Shown piece by piece: positions 8,941 to 18,139 of a stretch of 64,000 bases of DNA; positions within the stretch are counted from its first letter, which is position 1, and each line of letters begins with the position of its first letter. The stretch is from contig CAUJHW010000119.1 in NCBI GenBank assembly GCA_963205005.1, positions 14,438 through 78,437 of the forward strand, given 5' to 3'. The translations under genes were made by a program, and so were the position numbers. A model generated the notes under the pieces. The model saw nothing but the letters and a program-made list of their open reading frames with translations. It was not told where the DNA came from and made no database searches. The stretch comes from Pseudomonadota bacterium. Lineage in GTDB: Bacteria; Pseudomonadota; Alphaproteobacteria; Caulobacterales; Caulobacteraceae.

Positions 8941-11679
8941 ATGCGCATTTTCAGGACCGGAACCTTCGTCGGCGCGCCGGGTGCGTGGCGATTCGGCGCG
9001 GCGGGCCTCATCCCGCTGGCCCTGCTCGCCGCGCCCGCCGCCCAGGCCCAGACCCCCAGGGCGGCCAGGGCGGACGAGGACGTCACCGTGTCCGAACTCG
9101 TGGTGACGGCGGCCGCCGCGCAGACCGGCGCCGTGGTGGGCGATGTCGTCCCTGAGCTCCAGCTCTCCCCGGCCGACATCCAGGCCTATGGGGTCAGCAC
9201 CATGGCCGAGCTGCTGGAACAGCTGGCCCCCCAGACCCGCACCGAACGCGGCCGGGGCGGGGCGCCTGTGATCCTGCTGAACGGCCGGCGGATCTCAGGC
9301 TTCAACGAGATCCGCGACCTGCCCTCAGAGGCCATCCTGCGGGTGGACATCCTGCCGGAGGAGGCCGCGCTCAAGTACGGCTTCACCGCCTCACAGAGGG
9401 TCGTGAACTTTGTCCTGCGGCCGCAGTTCCGGGCCACCACCGCCGAGCTGGCCGGCTCCGCGCCCACGGCGGGCGGGCGTCAGGGCGGGCAGGCCGAGGT
9501 GGGGCTCTTCCGGATCCGCGACGACCGGCGGCTGAACCTTACCCTGAAGGTTCAGGGCGCCACGGCCCTGACCGAGGACGAGCGCGGGCTGTCAGGCCTG
9601 GTATCCGGCCGGACCTTCGATCCGGTCGGCAACATCCGCGGGACGGCCGCTGACGGGCAGATCGATCCCGCCCTCAGCGCGCTGGCGGGCGGGACGGTGA
9701 GCCTGGCCGGCGTCCCGGCCTCGGCGGCCACCCGCGCGCCCACCCTGGCCGACTTCGCCGCCACCGCCGGCCGGCTGAACACCAGCGACGTCGGCCGCTT
9801 CCGCTCGCTGCTGCCCGCGACCCGGCAGGTCACCGCCAACGCCGTCTACAGCCAGCCGATCCTCGGCGGGGTGGTGGCTAGTCTCAACGCCACGTTCGAT
9901 GCGACCCAAAGCGAGTCCCGCCTGGGCCTGCCCGGCGTCACCCTGCTGATTCCGGCCGGTAATCCGTTCTCGCCTTTCGCCACGACGGTGGCGCTGGATC
10001 GCTACGCCACCGCCCTGGGCCCGCTGACCCAGGATCGCGACAGCTGGAACGCCAGGCTCGGCGGCGGCCTGAACAAGGACCTGTCCGGCTGGCGGCTGTC
10101 GCTCACCGGCGCATTCGAGCACGAAGACAGCCGCACCCGCAGCGACGCCGGGCTCAACGCGACGGCGCTTCAGGCGCTGCTGAACGCCCGCTCGCCGACC
10201 TTCAACCCGTTCGCTGATCTGCCCGCCGACCAGCTCGCGTTCCGCGAGAACGAGACCCGGTCGAAGTCCGACAACGCCAACCTGCAGGGCGTGGCCAGCG
10301 GCCGGCTGCTCCGTGCCCCGGCGGGCGACCTGCGCACCAGCATCCGGCTTGGCGCCACCCACCTGGGCTTCGAATCGACCTCGGAGCGCCTCGGCGTCGT
10401 GCAGTCGGTCGATCTCTCGCGGGACACCCTGAACGGCCAGGTCAGCCTGGATCTGCCCCTCGCCAGCCGGCGGGCGGACTTCCTGCCGGCCCTGGGCGAG
10501 CTGTCCGTGAACCTCAACGTCGCGCTTGAGGACCTGTCGGACTTCGGCACGCTGGAGACCCTGGGCTACGGCCTCAACTGGCGGCCGGTCACCCGTTTCA
10601 GCCTGATCGTCTCGACCAGCCACGACCAGAACGCGCCCACGATCCAGCAGCTGGGCAATCCGGTGGTGTTCACCGCCGGCGCGCGGATCTTCGACTTCGC
10701 AACCGGCCGCACGGTCGATGTGACACGCCTGAGCGGCGGCAATTCCGGCCTGCTGGCCGAGACCAGCGACGTCTTCAAGGTGGGCCTGAACTTCAGCCCG
10801 CTGACCGCGCGCGACCTGGTGTTCAGCGCCAACTACGTCGACACCCGCACCCGCAATCCGATCGTCACCTTTCCGGCCGCCACCGCCGACATCGAGGCGG
10901 CCTTCCCCTCGCGGTTCCTGCGCGACGCGTCCGGTGTCCTGACCCAGGTCGACTACCGGCCGGTCAACTTCGCCCGGCTCGACCGGCGCAACCTGCGCTG
11001 GGGGTTCAACTATTCCCAGCCTATCGGGCCCCAGCCGCCGCAGCGCGGCCGGCCAGGGGGCGGTGGCGGGCCGCCGGGGCGCGCAGGCCCCGGGATGGGC
11101 GGCGGGATGACGGGCGGACCTCCATCATTCGCGGCGGGCGGACCTCCGCCCAGCGCGTTCCAGGGCGGCGGCGGACCGGGCGGCCCCGGCGGGCGGCTGC
11201 AGGCCAGCGTCTATCACACGGTCTATTTCGAGGACCGGTTCCTCGTCCGGCGCGGCGGCCCGGTGCTCGACCGGCTGGACGGCGCGGCGGCGGACGGGGC
11301 CGGCGGCGGACAGCCCCGCCATGAGATCGAGGCCGAGATCGGCGGCGCGCTGCGCGGCATCGGCGCGCGGCTGACCGTGGACTGGGTCAGCGGCACCACG
11401 GTGCGGGGCGGACCCGGCTCGGCGGTGGGCGACCTCAGCTTTTCTGACCTGACCAAGGTGTCGTTCCGGGCCTTCGCCGACCTCGACCAGCAGAAGCCCC
11501 TGCTGGCCCGGGCGCCGTGGCTGCGCGGAACCCGGGTGTCCTTCGTCCTCGCCAACCTGCTGGACGCGCGGGTCCGAGTGCGCGACGCCGCGGGGGCGAC
11601 GCCGACGGGCTACCAGCCCGCCAACCTCGACCCCGTCGGCCGCTCAGTCCGCATCAGCGTCCGCAAGCTGTTCCTGTAG
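8941..11679 (+). CDS. TonB-dependent receptor-like outer membrane protein with a Gly/Pro-rich insertion
   Basis: Signal peptide, VSELVVTA TonB-box-like segment, plug motif ILRVDILPEEAALKYG, amphipathic beta-strands, C-terminal GRSVRISVRKLFL. Confidence 0.8.
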   Translation: MRIFRTGTFVGAPGAWRFGAAGLIPLALLAAPAAQAQTPRAARADEDVTVSELVVTAAAAQTGAVVGDVVPELQLSPADIQAYGVSTMAELLEQLAPQTRTERGRGGAPVILLNGRRISGFNEIRDLPSEAILRVDILPEEAALKYGFTASQRVVNFVLRPQFRATTAELAGSAPTAGGRQGGQAEVGLFRIRDDRRLNLTLKVQGATALTEDERGLSGLVSGRTFDPVGNIRGTAADGQIDPALSALAGGTVSLAGVPASAATRAPTLADFAATAGRLNTSDVGRFRSLLPATRQVTANAVYSQPILGGVVASLNATFDATQSESRLGLPGVTLLIPAGNPFSPFATTVALDRYATALGPLTQDRDSWNARLGGGLNKDLSGWRLSLTGAFEHEDSRTRSDAGLNATALQALLNARSPTFNPFADLPADQLAFRENETRSKSDNANLQGVASGRLLRAPAGDLRTSIRLGATHLGFESTSERLGVVQSVDLSRDTLNGQVSLDLPLASRRADFLPALGELSVNLNVALEDLSDFGTLETLGYGLNWRPVTRFSLIVSTSHDQNAPTIQQLGNPVVFTAGARIFDFATGRTVDVTRLSGGNSGLLAETSDVFKVGLNFSPLTARDLVFSANYVDTRTRNPIVTFPAATADIEAAFPSRFLRDASGVLTQVDYRPVNFARLDRRNLRWGFNYSQPIGPQPPQRGRPGGGGGPPGRAGPGMGGGMTGGPPSFAAGGPPPSAFQGGGGPGGPGGRLQASVYHTVYFEDRFLVRRGGPVLDRLDGAAADGAGGGQPRHEIEAEIGGALRGIGARLTVDWVSGTTVRGGPGSAVGDLSFSDLTKVSFRAFADLDQQKPLLARAPWLRGTRVSFVLANLLDARVRVRDAAGATPTGYQPANLDPVGRSVRISVRKLFL

Positions 11680-11693
11680 GCGCCGGGGCCCGT

Positions 11694-12866
11694 TCAGGCG
11701 TCCTGGAAGATCCGCAGGAAGTTCTCGGCGTAGAACTTGTCGCGAACCGCGGCGGGCCGCTCGCCCAGCGAAGCTTCGAACCGCCCGATCGGGTTCCGGC
11801 CGCCCTCGATATGCGGATAGTCGCTGGAGAACAGGTAGAGGTCCGGGTTCGACTGGTCGATGAACGAACCCACCTCCTCGAAGACGAAGGGCGTGAAGGC
11901 CAGCTGCTGGGTGATCTGTTCCGACGGTATGCGGCGCAGGCCCTGCAGGTTGGCGTCGTTGCGGCTCCAGTGCTTCACCACCCAGTCCAGCCGCCGCAGC
12001 AGTTCGGGCACCCAGCCGGCGCCCAGCTCCACGGCGGCCCCGCGCAGGCCGGGATGGCGCTCGAGCACCCCGTCCAGCACCAGCATGGTCAGGAACTGCT
12101 CCGGTCCCTCGTGCAGCAGGGACACATCCTTGGTCCGCAGGTTCTCGCCCCCGCCCAGCCAGTCCTTTGTCGGCGGGCGGCCGTTGTTCATCCACGCCTT
12201 GGCCAGCTGCAGCGGCGCGCCGCCCACATGCAGCACGAACGGCGTGCCGGTCTCGGCCAGCCGGGCCCAGAACGGGTCCAGGTCCACGTGGCCGGGCGAG
12301 CGATCACCGCAGGGCCGGTGCGGAATCCACGCCGCCTTCAGGCCGTTCGCCAGGCAGAATTCGAGCTCGGCGAGGGCCAGGTCCGGGTCGTCCAGCGGGA
12401 TCGCAGCCACGCCCATCAGCCGCCGGTCGCTCTTGCAGAAGTCGGCCATGTGCCGATTGTGCGCGCGCGCCGCGCCATAGCGCAGGCGATGCTCCAGCTT
12501 GCTGCTGGGCGAGAACGGCATCCGCAGGCTGTGGGTGGCGAAGACGAGCTGCTTGCGGAAGCCCAGCATGTCCAGCGCGACGGTGCGGTCGGCGCTGTTG
12601 AAAGCGCCCAGCGCCTGGATTTCCTTGGACTTCTCGATCAGCTGGTCGCCCATCGCGATCTGCGCGGCGACATGTTCGGGGCTGTGGCGCCCGCCCTGGC
12701 CCATGATCACCGCAACCTCCTCGTCGGTGACGATGGAGGCCGAGTAGCTGACCTCCGGGATCTCGTCCCGCAGCGCCGGGTCGGCGTAGGCCTTCAGGAA
12801 ATCCGGCAGCTCCATGATGTGGCTGTCGGCGTCGTAGATCCGCCGGTCCGCGGGCGCATAGGTCAT
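11694..12866 (-). CDS. amidohydrolase family protein (Amidohydro_2-like)
   Basis: YDADSHI metal motif and FSSDYPH; start at ATG 12866. Confidence 0.85.
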   Translation of the reverse strand: MTYAPADRRIYDADSHIMELPDFLKAYADPALRDEIPEVSYSASIVTDEEVAVIMGQGGRHSPEHVAAQIAMGDQLIEKSKEIQALGAFNSADRTVALDMLGFRKQLVFATHSLRMPFSPSSKLEHRLRYGAARAHNRHMADFCKSDRRLMGVAAIPLDDPDLALAELEFCLANGLKAAWIPHRPCGDRSPGHVDLDPFWARLAETGTPFVLHVGGAPLQLAKAWMNNGRPPTKDWLGGGENLRTKDVSLLHEGPEQFLTMLVLDGVLERHPGLRGAAVELGAGWVPELLRRLDWVVKHWSRNDANLQGLRRIPSEQITQQLAFTPFVFEEVGSFIDQSNPDLYLFSSDYPHIEGGRNPIGRFEASLGERPAAVRDKFYAENFLRIFQDA

Positions 12867-12974
12867 CGTCAGCTCCTCCCCGTTTCGCCCGCGCCGGTCC
12901 GTTGGCGGAGCCATTCCAGGCTCCGGGCCGCGCATCGCGTCAGGCGCCCACTATGGCGCGGCAGGCGGGACGTG

Positions 12975-13931
12975 TCAGCGGGACTTGCGCGGGTGAGCCT
13001 TGAAGAATTCCCACATGGCCGCGCTGGCGTCGTAGTCCTGGGTCGGCGGATTAGCGACGGCCCGGCCCGGAGCGCCGCCCGGCCACGCATGGCCGTTGTT
13101 GGCGACCACGTTGAACACCACGTCGGCCCCGGACCTGCAGCCCGTCCAGGTGGTGGTGCGGACGAAGGCGGTTTCGGTGGTCTTCGACGCGCCGCAGCCG
13201 TTGGCCTTCGCCCAGTACTCGGCCTGGGCGAAGGCGGGGGCCACCGGGCGATCCTCCGCCGGCGGGCCACCCTGCAGCACGTCGTCGCGCAGGCCCAGCG
13301 GACCACCTGCACCGGGCACGGTCCTGTCCACGGCGCCGACGATGATGAAGGCCGGCACCGGTCCGGCGGGGGGCGGCTCGTCTCCGAACACCGCGCCGAC
13401 CACCGGGGCGATGGCGGCGATCCTGCCCGACAGCTCCCGCGCCAGGCGATGGCTCATCATGCCGCCGTTGGACATGCCGGTCACATAGATCCGGCCCGGA
13501 TCGGCGCGTCCGGAGGCGACCAGCCGGTCGATCAGCGCGGAGATGAACCCGACGTCGTCAGACCTGTTGCGCATCGCGAAGGCGCAGCAGTGTCCGGCGT
13601 TCCACGTCAGGATCCTGCCGCCCGCCATCGCGCCGGTCCCGCCCGGGTAGATCGCGATCAGCCCCTCGCGCGCCGCCAGGGCGTCGAAGCGGGTCATGGT
13701 GATGGCATTCTCCGGATTGCCGCCGCCGCCGTGCAGCAGGATCACCACCGGGGCCGTGGCCTTGCCGGAGGAATAGTCGTGGATCACCGCGCGCCGGGGC
13801 TGGCCGCCGATGGAGAAGGTCTCCTCCGACATCCGGCCCTCGGCCGCTGACGCCGCGCCCGATCCGGCGGCGAGGATCCCGAGGGCCAGGGCCACGGCGT
13901 GACCCAGGCGGCGAAGGTGGAACTGCGGCAT
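12975..13931 (-). CDS. exported alpha/beta-hydrolase esterase (PHB depolymerase/LpqC-like)
   Basis: Signal peptide, LHGGGG, WNAGHCC, GMSNGG nucleophile elbow, GHAWPG. Confidence 0.87.
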   Translation of the reverse strand: MPQFHLRRLGHAVALALGILAAGSGAASAAEGRMSEETFSIGGQPRRAVIHDYSSGKATAPVVILLHGGGGNPENAITMTRFDALAAREGLIAIYPGGTGAMAGGRILTWNAGHCCAFAMRNRSDDVGFISALIDRLVASGRADPGRIYVTGMSNGGMMSHRLARELSGRIAAIAPVVGAVFGDEPPPAGPVPAFIIVGAVDRTVPGAGGPLGLRDDVLQGGPPAEDRPVAPAFAQAEYWAKANGCGASKTTETAFVRTTTWTGCRSGADVVFNVVANNGHAWPGGAPGRAVANPPTQDYDASAAMWEFFKAHPRKSR

Positions 13932-14097
13932 GGCGCGACGCCTCTCAGCAATCTGGAAGCGGCAGCCTAGTCCGGTCCGGCGGCCGGCGGAGCCTGCGCG
14001 CGAGGCATGGAGTCAGGCGTCTGCGTCGCCTTGACCGGCGGCGGATGTTGCCCCCGCCGTGAAACTACAACCTGCGCGGAGTCGCCAAGCGCCATTT

Positions 14098-14112
14098 GTT
14101 CTGCTTTTGTTC
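14098..14112 (+). promoter_or_regulatory. LexA (SOS) box GTTC-N7-GTTC
   Basis: GTTCtgcttttGTTC exactly matches the alphaproteobacterial LexA direct repeat, 23 nt upstream of ATG 14136. Confidence 0.8.
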
Positions 14113-14135
14113 GAGCTCCCCGAACGGAGTTTCTC

Positions 14136-14348
14136 ATGGTCAAGGTCAACTATCTCGGCGTCACCGACCCCAAGGCCGCCTTCGAGGCCCTACGACCGTT
14201 CCGCCGGGCGCTGCTGGAAATGAAGGGCCGCTGCCGGCCCTTTCATCCCGACTACCTGATCCTCGACGCCGTGGACAAAGCCCTTACCACCGCCGCCTAT
14301 CACTTCACCCGCGAGCCGGACTTCTATTCCGGCCAGCCCCACGGCTGA
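14136..14348 (+). CDS. 70-aa hypothetical protein, probably SOS-regulated
   Basis: GGAG RBS upstream of ATG 14136; coding-like codon usage; MVKVNYLGVTDPKAAFEAL... Confidence 0.75.
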   Translation: MVKVNYLGVTDPKAAFEALRPFRRALLEMKGRCRPFHPDYLILDAVDKALTTAAYHFTREPDFYSGQPHG

Positions 14349-14458
14349 TGGGCGGGCGGCCGGCTGGGCGACCATTTCCGCAGCCAGACCGATTGCGGTG
14401 ACGGCCTTGCGGACACTACTGTGCCTCGCCCGGCGCAGAACGGGTGGGAGGATTTCAG

Positions 14459-15229
14459 ATGATCAGGTTCGCGAAAGTCGCCGCCGCAGCGGCGGTGCTG
14501 GTTCTGGCGGCCGGCGCCCCGGCGATAGCGGCAGGCCCGCTCAAGGCCACGGACTATGCCGCCATCCTGGCCGATCCCGCCCGCCCGGAGGCTGACCGCA
14601 AGGACGATGCGGCCCGCAAGCCCGCCGAGGTGCTCGCCTTCGCCCAGCTGCGTCCCGGCGACACGGTGCTGGAAATCGAGGTGGGGCGCGGCTGGATGAC
14701 CGAGATCATCTCCCGCGCCGTCGGACCCAAGGGCAAGGTGATCACGCAGAATCCGGTCGAGTTCACCTACTCCGGTCCGGCGATGGCGGCGCGGCGCACC
14801 GCCGGGGGTCTGGCCAACGTCACCGACACCACCAGCCGCTTCGACGCGCTGCAGGCGCCCGACGCCTCGGTCGACCGGGTGCTGTGGATCCTGGGTCCGC
14901 ACGAGCTCTACTACATGCCCAAGAATTCGCCCGGCCTGGGTGATCCGGCCAAGGCCTATGCCGAGATCGCCCGCGTGCTGAAGCCGGGCGGCGTGTTCAT
15001 CGCCATGGACCACGCCGCCGACGCTGGCGCGCCCACGACCACCGGTGGCACGATCCACCGCATCGACCCCGCCGTGGTGCTGGCCTCGGCCAAGGCCGCC
15101 GGCCTGAAGCTCGACGCGAAGAACGATGTGCTGGCCAATCCGCAGGACGACCGCACGAAGATGGTCTTCGATCCGACCGTCCGCCGCCACACCGACCAGT
15201 TCCTGTTCCGCTTCGTGAAGGCGAAGTAG
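14459..15229 (+). CDS. exported class I SAM-dependent methyltransferase-like protein
   Basis: Signal peptide; DAARKPAEVLAF, VLEIEVGRGW and LKPGG motifs. Confidence 0.8.
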   Translation: MIRFAKVAAAAAVLVLAAGAPAIAAGPLKATDYAAILADPARPEADRKDDAARKPAEVLAFAQLRPGDTVLEIEVGRGWMTEIISRAVGPKGKVITQNPVEFTYSGPAMAARRTAGGLANVTDTTSRFDALQAPDASVDRVLWILGPHELYYMPKNSPGLGDPAKAYAEIARVLKPGGVFIAMDHAADAGAPTTTGGTIHRIDPAVVLASAKAAGLKLDAKNDVLANPQDDRTKMVFDPTVRRHTDQFLFRFVKAK

Positions 15230-15321
15230 CGCCGGCGGTTCCCGGCGCGGAACCGTCGCCGCCATCACGCATTGAGGGGCCGGCGGCTCATGGCCGCAAC
15301 GACCGCACCGCCGGAGCCCCC

Positions 15322-15441
15322 TTGCAGTATTCCAGAGAGCCGCCGCGCCCGCGGGCGCAGGCGCTCATCCTTGCCGCGCTCGCCCTCGCCGCCGCCGCGG
15401 CCGGTGCGGCGCTCGTCTTCGCGATATCCCTGAAGAGCTGA
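15322..15441 (+). CDS. putative 39-aa single-pass membrane peptide
   Basis: GGAG 5 nt before TTG; (M)QYSREPPRPRAQALILAALALAAAAAGAALVFAISLKS; below the ORF-track size cutoff. Confidence 0.45.
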   Translation: MQYSREPPRPRAQALILAALALAAAAAGAALVFAISLKS

Positions 15442-15453
15442 CCTTGCGGGGCC

Positions 15454-16293
15454 TCAGCGGCCCTTGAAGTCTGCGGCGCGCTTTTCCATGAAGGCCCGCA
15501 TGCCTTCCATGGCGTCTTCCGAGCGCAGCAGCGGCAGGAGTTGCAGGAACACGTGGTGCACGTGTTCGTCAAAACCCTCCGACAGGCCCATGCGCATCAG
15601 CCGCTTTGACGCCTGCACCGCCAGCGGCGCATTGGCGGCGATCTCCAGCGCCAGGCTGCGGGCTTCCGCCGCGATGTCGGCCTCGGGCACGACCCGCGAG
15701 GCCAGCCCCAGGTTCACGCATTCCTCGGCGCCCAGCGTGCGGCCGGTGAAGATGATCTCGGCCGCCTTCGACCAGCCCAGCAGCCGGGGCAGGATCCAGG
15801 TGCCGCCGCTCTCCGGCACGATCCCGCGCTTGGTGAACGCCGCGGCCATCTTGGCGCCGGTGGCCATCAGCCGGATGTCGCAGCCCAGCGCCGTGTCCAT
15901 GCCGTAGCCGGCGGCCGAGCCGTTCATCGCGCAGATCGTCGGCGTGCCCAGGTTGAAAAGGACGGTCGGCGGGGTGGAGCGCAGGTCGATGTCGGTGGAG
16001 GTCGATGCGCCCTCCAGGCCGGTGCTGCCCTTGGTCGCCCCGCGCAGGTCCAGCCCGGCGCAGAACGCCCGCCCCTTGCCGGTCAGGATGATGCAGCGCA
16101 CGTCCGGGTCGCGGTCGGCCTTAAGCAGCAGTTCGGCCAGCAGCCGCAGCATCGGGCCGGAGATGGTGTTGAGCCGGTCCGGACGGTTCAGCGTCAGCGT
16201 GGCGATGTGCTCTGACACCTCGTAGAGGACCTCGTCCTCATCGGCCTTGACGGGGGCGGCGGCGGCGCTGTCGGCGGGGGCGACCATGGGCAT
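15454..16293 (-). CDS. enoyl-CoA hydratase/isomerase family protein
   Basis: TLNRPDRLN, AFCAGLDL and GIVPESGG motifs. Confidence 0.92.
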   Translation of the reverse strand: MPMVAPADSAAAAPVKADEDEVLYEVSEHIATLTLNRPDRLNTISGPMLRLLAELLLKADRDPDVRCIILTGKGRAFCAGLDLRGATKGSTGLEGASTSTDIDLRSTPPTVLFNLGTPTICAMNGSAAGYGMDTALGCDIRLMATGAKMAAAFTKRGIVPESGGTWILPRLLGWSKAAEIIFTGRTLGAEECVNLGLASRVVPEADIAAEARSLALEIAANAPLAVQASKRLMRMGLSEGFDEHVHHVFLQLLPLLRSEDAMEGMRAFMEKRAADFKGR

Positions 16294-16451
16294 TTCCTCG
16301 GCGTTTCTGTCGTTGCCGCGAGGCTAGACCGGCCGGGGCCGGTCGGGAAACCTGTTTTGCGTGGCCGGGCGGCCCGCGGACATGCCCGCGACGGGTGAAA
16401 CCGCTTGGCTAATCCCCCATCTTTCGCCATGCAACGGACGGTCGCGCGGGG

Positions 16452-17018
16452 ATGCGACCCAGGGGGAATGCCTTGGCGCCGGCAGGGTCGTCTGAACAGT
16501 CTGAGGAGCACGGCCCGCTCCTCGAGGCGTTCCTCGAGAAGCGCGAGAGCCTGCTTCTGTTCCTGGCCTCGCGGACCCGCTGCATGGCCACGGCCGAGGA
16601 CCTGATCCAGGACCTGTACCTGAAGGTCGCCGCCCTCGACGCCGGGTCCGAGGTCCGCGCGCCGGTGGCGCTGCTCTACCGCATGGCCGCCAACCTGATG
16701 GTCGATCACGTCCGCAGCGCCCAGCGCTCGTCCCGGCGCAACGGACAGTGGCGGATGGAGACCCACACCGCAATCGGCGGCGAGGACGTGGCCTCAGACA
16801 TGCCTGCGGACGAAGCTGTGCTGGCCCGCGAGCGGGTCCGCCTCCTGGCCGACGCCGTCGCCGCCCTGCCCCCGAAAATGGGTCAGGCCTTCCGGCTGCA
16901 CAAGCTGGAGGGGCTGTCCCAGGCCGACACCGCGCGAGCCATGGGGGTGTCCGTCAAGATGATCGAACAGCACATCCAGGCCGCCATCGCCAACCTGTCG
17001 CAGAGGCTGCGGTCATGA
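16452..17018 (+). CDS. ECF sigma-70 factor, FecI-like
   Basis: AEDLIQDLYLK region 2; region 4 FRLHKLEGLSQADTARAMGVSVKMIEQHI; directly upstream of a FecR gene; exact start uncertain. Confidence 0.9.
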   Translation: MRPRGNALAPAGSSEQSEEHGPLLEAFLEKRESLLLFLASRTRCMATAEDLIQDLYLKVAALDAGSEVRAPVALLYRMAANLMVDHVRSAQRSSRRNGQWRMETHTAIGGEDVASDMPADEAVLARERVRLLADAVAALPPKMGQAFRLHKLEGLSQADTARAMGVSVKMIEQHIQAAIANLSQRLRS

Positions 17019-17041
17019 CGCGCGAGGAATTTTGCACCGGA

Positions 17042-17070
17042 CCTAGGGGTGAGGCCGAGCGGCGCCGTCT
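17042..17070 (+). promoter_or_regulatory. putative ECF promoter CCTAGGG-N17-CGTCT (copy 1, upstream of fecR)
   Basis: Same motif and spacing recur at 20512-20540. Confidence 0.55.
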
Positions 17071-17115
17071 CTTCGGCTGTTCGGCGCGGTCTGCGCAGAT
17101 CGGGCAGGCTGGCAC

Positions 17116-18093
17116 ATGACGCACATTGTGAGCGACAGGGAGGGGACGGTGGCGGACGCCAGCGCCTGGCTCGCGCGCCTGCAGCGTGACGACGTCAGCG
17201 AGGCCGACGCCCAGGCCTTCGGGGAATGGCTGGCGCTGTCCGCCGCCAACCGCGAGGCCTACCGCCACGCCCTGTCCATCTGGCACGAGTATGAGGCCGC
17301 CGCCGACGCGGTGCTGACCGAACTGGCCGAGGACGCCCAGCGGGCCTCTGCCCGCCGCGGCCCCACCCGTCGCTGGCTGGCCGGCGCCGGCGGCGCCGCC
17401 ATCGCGGCGGGCCTGGCGGTCGCGTTCGTGGCCCCGATGCTGGGCCAGCCCGCCATGCAGACCTACGCCACCGGAAAGGGCCAGCATCAGCGGATCAAGC
17501 TTGCCGACGGCTCGGTCGTCGACCTGGACGCCGAGACCCGGCTCAGCGTGAGCTTCAGCGGATCGGCGCGCAGGGTCACCCTCGGCGACGGCCAGGCGAT
17601 CTTCGACGTGGCCCACGACGAGGGCCGCCCCTTCACCGTCGAGGCGTCGAATCGCATCGTCCGCGTGGTGGGCACCCAGTTCGACGTCCGCAACCGCCGC
17701 GGGATGCTGAGCGTCACGGTGGCGCGCGGCAAGGTCCAGGTGCGGCCGTTCGCCGCCGATCCGGCGGGCCAGGCACGCCTGCTCACCGCGGGCGACCGCC
17801 TGGAGGTCGATCGCGCCGGCGTCGAGAAGCTCAGCGCCGTGGATCCGCAGGAAGCCTTCGGCTGGCGCTCCGGCCGCCTCGTCTACCGGGGCGAGCCGCT
17901 GGCCAATGTGGTGGCCGACCTGAACCACCAGTATGTGCAGCAGATCGGGGTCTCCGACCCCGAACTGGGCCGGACGCCGATCACCGGGGTGATCGTGCTG
18001 GACGATCAGGCCGCGGTACTGGCGCGCCTGAGCTTGATGCTGCCGGTAAGATCGATACCTTCCGAGCGGGGGACGCTGCTTCTCCGGAAGTAG
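17116..18093 (+). CDS. FecR family anti-sigma/transmembrane sensor
   Basis: ASAWLARL...FGEWL N-domain, TM segment, LADGSVVDLDAET, VVGTQFDV, WRSGRL. Confidence 0.93.
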   Translation: MTHIVSDREGTVADASAWLARLQRDDVSEADAQAFGEWLALSAANREAYRHALSIWHEYEAAADAVLTELAEDAQRASARRGPTRRWLAGAGGAAIAAGLAVAFVAPMLGQPAMQTYATGKGQHQRIKLADGSVVDLDAETRLSVSFSGSARRVTLGDGQAIFDVAHDEGRPFTVEASNRIVRVVGTQFDVRNRRGMLSVTVARGKVQVRPFAADPAGQARLLTAGDRLEVDRAGVEKLSAVDPQEAFGWRSGRLVYRGEPLANVVADLNHQYVQQIGVSDPELGRTPITGVIVLDDQAAVLARLSLMLPVRSIPSERGTLLLRK

Positions 18094-18139
18094 GCCGCAG
18101 GTTGGGTCGGAGCTGGTTATCCTTGGTCGTCGGCAACTG

